A DNA stretch of 64,000 nucleotides, taken from positions 192,001-256,000 of the forward strand of contig OZ243972.1 of the NCBI GenBank assembly GCA_965214705.1, given 5' to 3'. Made by a program: the position numbers and the translations under genes. Within the stretch, counting starts at the first letter, position 1; each line of letters starts with the position of its first letter. The DNA is from Alphaproteobacteria bacterium (GTDB lineage: Bacteria; Pseudomonadota; Alphaproteobacteria; UBA828). Below the pieces are notes generated by a model. It saw nothing but the letters and a program-made list of their open reading frames with translations, had not been told where the DNA came from and searched no databases. Shown here piece after piece: positions 51,691-59,786 of this stretch.

Positions 51691-53631
51691 TCATTGCGGA
51701 TCGATCAGATATTCGTCGCCATCCCGGAGCCGCTTCGGAATCCAGTCGGAGGCCCCTGGCGTGGTCGGTACCACCACCTCCAATGGACCGCGCTCGGCCT
51801 CTATCTGCTCGCGCCTCGCCTCGGTCTTGTTCCAGTCGATGGTCATGGTCGCGTTGTTGATGACGACGCCATAGACCTCGGCCGCGCATTCGACCGTGAG
51901 CAGCCCCTCGAAGATGCTTTCCAGCACCGCCTCGGGATCGCGCTTCAACGGATCGCCGTAACCGCCGCCGCCGCTGGAGTGCGCCACCCAAACCTCGTTC
52001 TCCTCGATCATGAGGAGCCCCTTCGAGGAGCAATAGGTGCGCTTGCCCGTTTCCAGGTTCTCCTTGTAGCTGCCGCCGCCGATCCCGGTCGTGCCGCCCA
52101 TCACGCCGTGAGGCGGATTGGCGGTGCCGTCGCCGAACAGGTGGCACTCGATCGGGCCGCCGATGGGCGTGATCTGAATTTCGACGCCGGGGCCGCCGTG
52201 ATGCTCGCCGTGCCCCATGGAATCGGCGCCGATCTCCTGCTTGTCGACGCGCATGGGGTAGAGCATCTCGCTCATCTCGACGCTCAGGATCTTGAGTCCG
52301 CCCATGCCGGCCGACGTGATGAGGAGCGGCCAGCCGTCTTCCTTCGAGGATGCGCCGCCCGCCGGCCCGCCGTTGAAGAACATGCAGCCCCAGGAGCGGT
52401 CCTGGCCGTCGCGGGTATCGGTGCCCGAGAAGAAGGGCACGCAACTGACCCGGCCGTTGCCGCCGGTAACGCGGTCTGGCACCGCGTGGGCGAGCGCCTT
52501 GTAGACGGCGTCCTGCATGGTGTCGTCTGGTCCGATGGTGGCAAGCGCCGTGGAGGCCGGATACTGCGCGTTGCATACCGAGCCGAGCGGGGCCTCGGCC
52601 GTGATGTGGCGCAGGCAGCCGTCGTTGTGGGGGATCGAGGGGTCGATCGTGCAGAGGATCGGGATGCCAGCCGCCGCCTGCATGACGCCGAAGGAGGAGT
52701 TGTTGGCACCCGGCGTCTGCGGTGCGGAGCCGCCGAAATCGACGTGGACCCGGTCGTCCCGGATCGAGACGCGCGCGTTCACGGGAATGTCGGTGCCGCC
52801 CTGGCCGTCGGTGTCGAGCCAGGAGGTGCCCTCGTAGTCGCCATCCGGCATCTGGCGGATTTCTTCGGCCATGCGCTGATCGGCATAGTCGAAGATCGCC
52901 TCGATATAGCGCTCCACCTCGTCGTTGCCGTAGTGCGCCGCAAGCTCGATGAGCCGCCGCTTGCCGGTCCAGATCGAGCCAAGCTGCGCCATCAGGTCGC
53001 CGTAGAGCCACTCCTGCCAGCGCACGTTGGCGAGGTACATGCGGACCACGTCGTCGCGCCGCTGGCCCTTCTCGTAGAACTTGATCGGCGGCAGCTGCAG
53101 CCCTTCCTGCCACACGTCCTTGGCGGCGGCGGGCGTGCTGGTGGGGATGAAGGCGCCGCAATCCAGCTGATGGCCCTTGGTCATGCTCCAGAACATGTGC
53201 TTGCCCTTGTGGAACACAGGGCAGGCGGTGACGAAATCGCCGACGTGGGTATTGCCGCTGTAGGCGTCGTTGCAGACGATGACATCGCCGTCGTGGATGT
53301 CGCCCTCGAAGACCCGGGCGATCTCCTTCAGGACCACGTGCATCGAGTTGGTGTGGACCGGCAGCGCGTCCATCATGCAGATCTGCCGCGCCTTGGCGTC
53401 GTAGATCGCGCAGGAGAAGTCGCGTGCGAGCGCGATGATCGAGGTCCAGGAAGTCTTCTCCATGGTCAGCGTCATCTCGTTCGCAATCGTGTTGAAGCGA
53501 TTGAGAACGACCGAGAAGGTGATCGGATCGACGGCCGCCTTGGCGCTCTTCTGGGGCCGCGTCCTGACCTGCCTCTTGGCGATGCTCCTGGTCTTCGGCC
53601 CGGTGCGGTGCACCGTGGATATGTTGGCCAT
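51691..53631 (-). CDS. Hydantoinase B/oxoprolinase family subunit (paralog B4)
   Basis: RDFSCAIYD, NDAYSGNTHVGD, KGHQLDCG, GGGGYGDPLKRDP. Directly downstream of A1. Confidence 0.92.
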   Translation of the reverse strand: MANISTVHRTGPKTRSIAKRQVRTRPQKSAKAAVDPITFSVVLNRFNTIANEMTLTMEKTSWTSIIALARDFSCAIYDAKARQICMMDALPVHTNSMHVVLKEIARVFEGDIHDGDVIVCNDAYSGNTHVGDFVTACPVFHKGKHMFWSMTKGHQLDCGAFIPTSTPAAAKDVWQEGLQLPPIKFYEKGQRRDDVVRMYLANVRWQEWLYGDLMAQLGSIWTGKRRLIELAAHYGNDEVERYIEAIFDYADQRMAEEIRQMPDGDYEGTSWLDTDGQGGTDIPVNARVSIRDDRVHVDFGGSAPQTPGANNSSFGVMQAAAGIPILCTIDPSIPHNDGCLRHITAEAPLGSVCNAQYPASTALATIGPDDTMQDAVYKALAHAVPDRVTGGNGRVSCVPFFSGTDTRDGQDRSWGCMFFNGGPAGGASSKEDGWPLLITSAGMGGLKILSVEMSEMLYPMRVDKQEIGADSMGHGEHHGGPGVEIQITPIGGPIECHLFGDGTANPPHGVMGGTTGIGGGSYKENLETGKRTYCSSKGLLMIEENEVWVAHSSGGGGYGDPLKRDPEAVLESIFEGLLTVECAAEVYGVVINNATMTIDWNKTEARREQIEAERGPLEVVVPTTPGASDWIPKRLRDGDEYLIDPQ

Positions 53632-53642
53632 GTCTCGCTCCC

Positions 53643-55709
53643 TCAGTTGATCGCGAGGACGAAATCGTCGTAGCGGTTGACCTTCAGGGTGTGCTTGGGT
53701 TGGACCACGATCGTCGAGTTCTCCTGCTCGACCACGGCCGGCCCTTCGATGGTCATGCCGTGGCGCACCTTGGCACCGTCGTAAATCTTGGTCCGGCGGT
53801 ACTTCTTGAAAGCCCTGAAATAGACCATGCGCGTGCCCTTCTGCGCCTCGCTCGCGGGCTTGCGCGTGCGCTTCTGAATCGGTGTTTCGCGCTCCGGCAG
53901 CCTGCCCTCCGCCGTGATCCGCCAGTGGAACAGGTCGACCGCGCTCTCCCGCACGCAGTAGGAGAACATGCGCTCGTGCAAGCCGTGGAAGGCCTCGGCG
54001 ATGTTGTCGATATCGGACTTCTTGATCTTGCCCTTCGAGGGCAGCGGGATCGTGAGCTCGTGAATCTGGTTGGAGTACTTGGCGTCCGCGAAGCGGGCGA
54101 TCTTGATCCGCGAGCGGGCGAAGCCCTGCGCCCTGAGTTCGGCGATCGCTTCGGCTTCGAGCTCGGCGAAAATCTCGTTGGCGCGCGCGAGGTCGAAGTC
54201 GCTGGTGTTGGTGGCGAAGGCCTTGATCAGATCGTGCCGCACGTCGCTCGCGATCATGCCGTAGGAGCAGAAGACGCCGCCGTAGCGCGGAATGATCGCC
54301 TGCTTCATGCCGAGCTCCACGCCCAGCGCGCCGGCATGAATGGCGCCGGCGCCGCCGCCCACCACCAGGCTGTAGCCGCGCGGGTCGATGCCCTTCTCGA
54401 CCGAGACCACGCGGATCGCGTCGACCATGTTGGTGTTGACGATCTGGAAGATGCCGTCGGCCGCCTGCTCGACGCTCAAGCCCAGCGGCTTCGCGATGGC
54501 CTCCTCGACAACGCGTGAGGATGCATCGGGATTGATGTCGCGCCGCCCACCGAGGAAGAAATCGGGGTTGATGTAGCCGAGGACCACGTTGGCATCGGTC
54601 ACCGTGGGCCGGTCACCGCCCAGCTCATAGCAGGCGGGCCCCGGCTCGGCGCCGGCGCTCATCGGGCCGACCTGCAGCGCGCCGCCCTTGTCGATCCAGG
54701 CGATGCTGCCGCCGCCCGCGCCGATCGAATGCACGTCGACGGCCGCGACGCCCACCGGGTTATCGTGCACGCGCATGTCCTTGGTGAGCGCAGGCTCGCC
54801 GTCGGTCACCATGCACACGTCGAAGCTCGTGCCGCCCATGTCGATGGTGATGACGTTGTTGACGCCCACCCGCTCGGCGCAATAGAGGCCGGCCGCCGGC
54901 CCCGCCGCCGGGCCCGAGGCCAGGGCGTAGATGGGCCGCTCGATGATCTGCTTGACCGTTGCCGTGCCGCCGTTGAGCTGCATGACCAGCAGGTTCTGGC
55001 CGAAGCCGTTCTCCGAGAGATATTTTTCCAGCGCGATCATGTAGCTGGAGATGCGCGGCAGGATGTAAGCGCTGAGCACGGTGCTGGATGTCCGCTCCCA
55101 CTCGCGGATCATGGGCAGCACGTCCGAGCTCAGGACCACGGGGACGCCCGGAAGCTCTTCCGCGAGGATCTCCTTGGCACGGACCTCGTGGCTCGAGTTC
55201 ATGATGGACCAGAGCAGCGCGACGGCGACGGATTCGACGCCCTGCTCCTTAAGTGTCCGGGCCGCCGTTCGCACCGAGTCCTCGTTGAGCTCGATCAGCG
55301 GCTCGCCGCGATAGTCCATCCGCTCCGTGAGCGGCAGGCGCAGGTCGCGGCGAATAAAATCCTTCGATCTGGGCAGGCTGACGTTATAGCGGTCGGGCTT
55401 GAAGCCGTCGCGGAAGTAGAGGACGTCGCGGAAGCCCTCGGTGCAGAGCAGCGCCGTCTTGGGGCCGTTGCGCTGGATCACCGTGTTGGTGGCGATGGTC
55501 TGGCCGTGCACGAAGAGGTCGAGGCTGCCGACGAAGGAGTCGACCTCCAAGCCCTGAGCATCGGCGAGCGCCTCCAGGCCGCGCTGGACGGCGACCCCCG
55601 GATCGGCGGGCGTCGTCGCCTCCTTCCAAAGCGTGATGCCGCCTCGATCGTCGATCAGTGAAAAATCGGTAAAGGTGCCGCCGATATCGACGCCCATGAT
55701 GTGGCGCAT
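53643..55709 (-). CDS. Hydantoinase A/oxoprolinase family ATP-binding subunit (A1)
   Basis: GVDIGGTFTD, HGQTIATN, EGFRD, SGPAAG, DMGGTSFD, IGAGGGSIA, AGAEPGPACY, TVTDAN. Confidence 0.94.
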   Translation of the reverse strand: MRHIMGVDIGGTFTDFSLIDDRGGITLWKEATTPADPGVAVQRGLEALADAQGLEVDSFVGSLDLFVHGQTIATNTVIQRNGPKTALLCTEGFRDVLYFRDGFKPDRYNVSLPRSKDFIRRDLRLPLTERMDYRGEPLIELNEDSVRTAARTLKEQGVESVAVALLWSIMNSSHEVRAKEILAEELPGVPVVLSSDVLPMIREWERTSSTVLSAYILPRISSYMIALEKYLSENGFGQNLLVMQLNGGTATVKQIIERPIYALASGPAAGPAAGLYCAERVGVNNVITIDMGGTSFDVCMVTDGEPALTKDMRVHDNPVGVAAVDVHSIGAGGGSIAWIDKGGALQVGPMSAGAEPGPACYELGGDRPTVTDANVVLGYINPDFFLGGRRDINPDASSRVVEEAIAKPLGLSVEQAADGIFQIVNTNMVDAIRVVSVEKGIDPRGYSLVVGGGAGAIHAGALGVELGMKQAIIPRYGGVFCSYGMIASDVRHDLIKAFATNTSDFDLARANEIFAELEAEAIAELRAQGFARSRIKIARFADAKYSNQIHELTIPLPSKGKIKKSDIDNIAEAFHGLHERMFSYCVRESAVDLFHWRITAEGRLPERETPIQKRTRKPASEAQKGTRMVYFRAFKKYRRTKIYDGAKVRHGMTIEGPAVVEQENSTIVVQPKHTLKVNRYDDFVLAIN

Positions 55710-55913
55710 GAAGTCTCTCCCAACGCGTTCAACTGCCGCCATGTCTCTATCACATGACCCTTGCCGAGGTCATCTGTGGGCCAGCCGATATTTCCGTGGG
55801 ACCGGCGATCCGCTAGAAATACTGCGCCTCCGGCAAGCGCTGCCGGGTTCCGTTCTCGACCAGACGGTCTTCGACCGGTTCTCACGATCCATCGACCCAC
55901 CGGGACTAACGTG

Positions 55914-57944
55914 ATGTGGCACGTCGGAATTGACGTTGGAGGAACCTTCACCGACCTCTTCGCGGCGAACGGGGAGAGCGGCGAGACGATTTCGGCGAAG
56001 GTGCTGACCACCGCCGGCGACCGCTCCGTGGGCGTGCTGAACGCGCTGGAGGCAGCCGCGATCGCCCCGGCTGAGATCAGCGTGCTCGTGCACGGCACCA
56101 CGACCGCGACCAACGCCCTGGTCGAGCGCAGCTACCCGCCGGTTGCCATGGTCACGACGGAGGGCTTCCGCGACGTCATCGAGATCGGGCGCCAGCGCCG
56201 CCAGCACCTGTTCGCGTTGCGCCAGAAACGGCCCACGCCCATCGTGCCCCGGCGCCTGCGCTTCACCCTGGGATGCCGGCTCTCCGCTGCGGGCGAGGAT
56301 CTGAGCCCCTTCGAAGACGAGGAGGCCCGCCGCGTCGCGCGCCAGATCAGGGAGCAGGGCGCTCAGTCGGTCGCGATCTGCTTCATCAACGCCTACGTGG
56401 ACGGGCGGCACGAAGCCCGGATGCGCGACATCCTGCTGGAGGAATATCCCGACTGCCACATCGCCCTCTCGTCCGAGACGGTGAGGAAGTTTCGGGAGCA
56501 CGGGCGTTTTTCCACCACGGTGGTGCGCGCTGCGCTGCTCCCGGTAATGACCAGCTATTTCAACCGTCTGGCGGCCGGACTCCGCGACAACGGCTTCACC
56601 GGCTCGTTGCTCGCGCTCAAGAGCAACGGCGGCATGATGGGCGTCGATCTCGCCATCGAGCGGCCGGAGGAGCTTGTGGAATCGGGGCCGGCCGGCGGCG
56701 TCGCGTACGCCCGCTACCTGAGCCAGACGACCGAGTTCTCGAACATCATCCACACCGATATGGGGGGCACGACCTTCGACGCATCGATCGTCGATCACGG
56801 CGAGGGGCTCCTCACCCACGACTACCAGCTCGAATGGGAGGTGCCGATCACCATCCCGATGCTGGACATCCGCAGCGTCGGGGCCGGCGGCGGATCGATT
56901 GCCTGGGTGGACAAGGGTGGCTCGCTGCGCGTCGGGCCGCAGAGTGCGGGCTCCGATCCGGGCCCCGCCTGCTACGACCGCGGCGGGGACGAGGCGACGG
57001 TGACAGACGCGAACTTCGTCCTCGGCCGGCTGGACGCCACGCTGGGCGGCAAGCTTGCGCTGGATGCGGACGCCGCAGAGCGCGCCGTGGGCAGGATCGC
57101 CGACCGGCTCGGCATCGACCGGCTGGAGGCGGCCGAAGCGATCATCTCGATCACCTGCGAGAACATGGCGCAGGCGATCAAGCTCGTGCTCACCGATCGC
57201 GGGCGGGATCCGCGCGACTTCGTGCTCGCGAGCTTTGGCGGTGCGGGCCCGATGCACGCCTGCCAGATCGCGCGCGCGATGAACATCCCGCGCATCGTGG
57301 TTCCGGCCCATGCCGGCGTCGCCTCGGCCTTCGGCGCGACCGCCATGGACATCCGCCACGACCTGGAGGAGTTCTACTACGCCCCCGTGGACGAGGCGGA
57401 TTTCGACCGGCTCAACCAGATGTACACCGGGCTCGAACGCCAGGGCCGGGCGCTGCTCGCGCGAGACGGCATCGCGGACGCCGGGATGATGCTCTCGCGT
57501 CACGCGCAGATGCGTTACGTCGGCCAGTTCTGGGAGGTACTGACGCCGCTGGGTGACGGCCAGCTCTCGGCCGACCGGGCGCGGGACATCGCGGATGCCT
57601 TCCACGACGCGCATGAAGCCGAGCACGGCGTCAAGTCGCCGACCTTCCCGTCTGAGTTCGTCAGCATCGGCGTCACCGCCGCGGGCGCGTTCGCGCGCCC
57701 GACCATCCATGGAGCCGAGGCAGGCGCTGCTGCCGAGGTCGAGCGCGGCACGCGGCCGGTCTACTTCGGCGGGTCCTGGCACGATGTCGCGATCTACGCC
57801 GGCGAGCGGCTCTACCCCGGCGTCGCCATTACCGGCCCCGCCATTGTAGAGTACGATCATTCGGAGACCGTCCTGCCGCCGGGCACGCAGGCGTCGGTCG
57901 ACCGCAGCGGCAACTTGTTGATCGCGTTGGATGGAGCCGCCTGA
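55914..57944 (+). CDS. Hydantoinase A/oxoprolinase family ATP-binding subunit (A2)
   Basis: GIDVGGTFTD, HGTTTATNA, SGPAGG, DMGGTTFD, GAGGGSIA, AGSDPGPACY, FGGAGP.H. Confidence 0.94.
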   Translation: MWHVGIDVGGTFTDLFAANGESGETISAKVLTTAGDRSVGVLNALEAAAIAPAEISVLVHGTTTATNALVERSYPPVAMVTTEGFRDVIEIGRQRRQHLFALRQKRPTPIVPRRLRFTLGCRLSAAGEDLSPFEDEEARRVARQIREQGAQSVAICFINAYVDGRHEARMRDILLEEYPDCHIALSSETVRKFREHGRFSTTVVRAALLPVMTSYFNRLAAGLRDNGFTGSLLALKSNGGMMGVDLAIERPEELVESGPAGGVAYARYLSQTTEFSNIIHTDMGGTTFDASIVDHGEGLLTHDYQLEWEVPITIPMLDIRSVGAGGGSIAWVDKGGSLRVGPQSAGSDPGPACYDRGGDEATVTDANFVLGRLDATLGGKLALDADAAERAVGRIADRLGIDRLEAAEAIISITCENMAQAIKLVLTDRGRDPRDFVLASFGGAGPMHACQIARAMNIPRIVVPAHAGVASAFGATAMDIRHDLEEFYYAPVDEADFDRLNQMYTGLERQGRALLARDGIADAGMMLSRHAQMRYVGQFWEVLTPLGDGQLSADRARDIADAFHDAHEAEHGVKSPTFPSEFVSIGVTAAGAFARPTIHGAEAGAAAEVERGTRPVYFGGSWHDVAIYAGERLYPGVAITGPAIVEYDHSETVLPPGTQASVDRSGNLLIALDGAA

Positions 57945-57964
57945 GCGCTCAAGGGATCAAGGCC

Positions 57965-59758
57965 ATGGATGCAATCAAACGCAACGCGTCGGAGATCAGG
58001 GATCTCGATCCGGTCACATTCGAGGTCCTGCGCAGCCACTTCGATTTCTGCTGCGAGCGCATGAGCAAGGTGCTTCAGAAGACCGCGTTCTCGCCGATCC
58101 TGAGCGACATCCTCGACTACTCCAACGCCGTCTACGATGCGGACATCCGCCTCGTCTCCCAATCGCCGGGCTGCCCCATCCACATGGCGGCGATGCACTT
58201 CGCCGCCCAGGAATCGGTCAACAAGTACGGTAAGGAGGCACTTCGCCCCGGCGACGTGGTGGTCCTGAACGACCCGTTCCAGGGCGGCACGCACATTCCC
58301 GACACCACCTTCACGATGCCCATCTTCAGCGGGGACAGGCTGCTGGGCTTCGCCGTGAGCCGGGGGCACTGGCAGGACCTCGGCGGCGGTGCCGCTGGCG
58401 GGCAGTCCTTCGGCACACATATCGCCGGCGAAGGGCTGCGCATCCCGCCGCTCAAGCTCTTCAACGAATACGAGATGAACCAGGACCTGCTGGCGCTGAT
58501 CAAGAACAACACGCGCTGCCCGGAATACATCGAGGGCGATATCCAGGCCCACATGGGCGCGCTGAAGGTCGCTGAGCAGGAGTTCAGCCGCGGGGTTGCG
58601 CGCTACGGCCTGGAGACGGTCGAGATCGCCATGCGCGAGCTGATCGCTTACACCAATCGCATCAGCCGCAGCCGCATCGAGGCGATCCCCGACGGCGAGT
58701 ACGCGGTGACCGACTTCGTCGATACCGACGGTTTCAGCGAAGAGCCCATCAAGCTCGCTGTGAAGATTATCGTCGAAGGCGAGAAGATGACCGTCGACTT
58801 CACCGGCTCGGACCCGCAATGCGTCGGCGCGATCAACTCGCCGCTCGCCAACACGTTTTCGGCCACCTATCTGGCGCTGCGCTTCTACCTCTGCCCCGAA
58901 GCGCCGGCCAACGCCGGCCTGTTCGACGCGGTCGACATCGTGCTGCCGGACGACTGCTGGCTCAACGCCAAGTGGCCCGCGCCGACCATCGGCTGCACCA
59001 CGGTGACCGCCGCCAAGATCAACAGCTCGATCTGGCTGGCGATGAGCCAGGCCATGCCGCAGGACGCCACCGGCGGGACCATGTCGGACGTGAACTGGCT
59101 GGTCTGCGCGGTGACCGACCCGGAGACCCGGCGTCAGACCGTGTTCTCCGACCTGCCCGCCGGCGGCTGGGGCGGCATGAACGACATGGATGGCGCGAGC
59201 GTCCGCTTCGACCCCACCGGCAACTGCATGAACCTCTCGGCGGAGGTGGCCGAGCTCTGCTATCCCATCGTCTACGAAGCGTTCGACCTGAGACAGGATT
59301 CGGCGGGGCCGGGTACCCATCGCGGCGGGCTCGGCGCCAGGCTGCAGTTCCGCTTCAACGGGAACGCCGAGCTCAGCATCGAGACCTCGCGGACCCTCGC
59401 GGGCAGCCCCGGCGTAGAAGGCGGGCAGGAAAGCAGGGCGCAGCGGCTCTGCAAGCTCCTGCCGGACGGCTCGGCGGAGGTGATCGGTGGCATGGCGGAT
59501 GACGGCTCGTGGCACAACCCGCTGCTCGCCGCTTACCGCTTCGCGCCGGGCGAGGCCTTCCGCATCGAGACCGGCGGCGGCGGCGGTTGGGGCGACCCCA
59601 TGGCCCGCCCGGTGGAGCAGGTGCTCGACGACGTGCTCGACGACTACATCTCGATCGACGAGGCGCGGACTGCCTACGGCGTCGTGATCGACGCCGAAGC
59701 GCGCGCCGTAGACCTCGCGGCCACCGAGGCGCTCAGGGGCGAGCGCCGCGCGGCGTAG
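57965..59758 (+). CDS. Hydantoinase B/oxoprolinase family subunit (B5)
   Basis: DPVTFEV, TAFSPI, NDPFQGGTHIPD, GHWQD.GG, DSAGPG..RGG.G, GGGGWGDP..R. Confidence 0.93.
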   Translation: MDAIKRNASEIRDLDPVTFEVLRSHFDFCCERMSKVLQKTAFSPILSDILDYSNAVYDADIRLVSQSPGCPIHMAAMHFAAQESVNKYGKEALRPGDVVVLNDPFQGGTHIPDTTFTMPIFSGDRLLGFAVSRGHWQDLGGGAAGGQSFGTHIAGEGLRIPPLKLFNEYEMNQDLLALIKNNTRCPEYIEGDIQAHMGALKVAEQEFSRGVARYGLETVEIAMRELIAYTNRISRSRIEAIPDGEYAVTDFVDTDGFSEEPIKLAVKIIVEGEKMTVDFTGSDPQCVGAINSPLANTFSATYLALRFYLCPEAPANAGLFDAVDIVLPDDCWLNAKWPAPTIGCTTVTAAKINSSIWLAMSQAMPQDATGGTMSDVNWLVCAVTDPETRRQTVFSDLPAGGWGGMNDMDGASVRFDPTGNCMNLSAEVAELCYPIVYEAFDLRQDSAGPGTHRGGLGARLQFRFNGNAELSIETSRTLAGSPGVEGGQESRAQRLCKLLPDGSAEVIGGMADDGSWHNPLLAAYRFAPGEAFRIETGGGGGWGDPMARPVEQVLDDVLDDYISIDEARTAYGVVIDAEARAVDLAATEALRGERRAA

Positions 59759-59786
59759 TCGCGCCGGTCACAGGGAGACGCAGATC

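Noticed and set aside
50762-53161. 799-aa ORF suggesting a large PhyH fusion protein
   Set aside because: The N-terminal ~490 aa is an off-frame read of the B4 gene. Only the last ~305 aa has PhyH motifs and its own RBS.
23556-59758. Calling the hydantoinase-family genes acetone or acetophenone carboxylase (acx/apc)
   Set aside because: No gamma-type small Zn subunit gene was seen and family motifs alone do not fix the reaction, so they are left as family-level calls.
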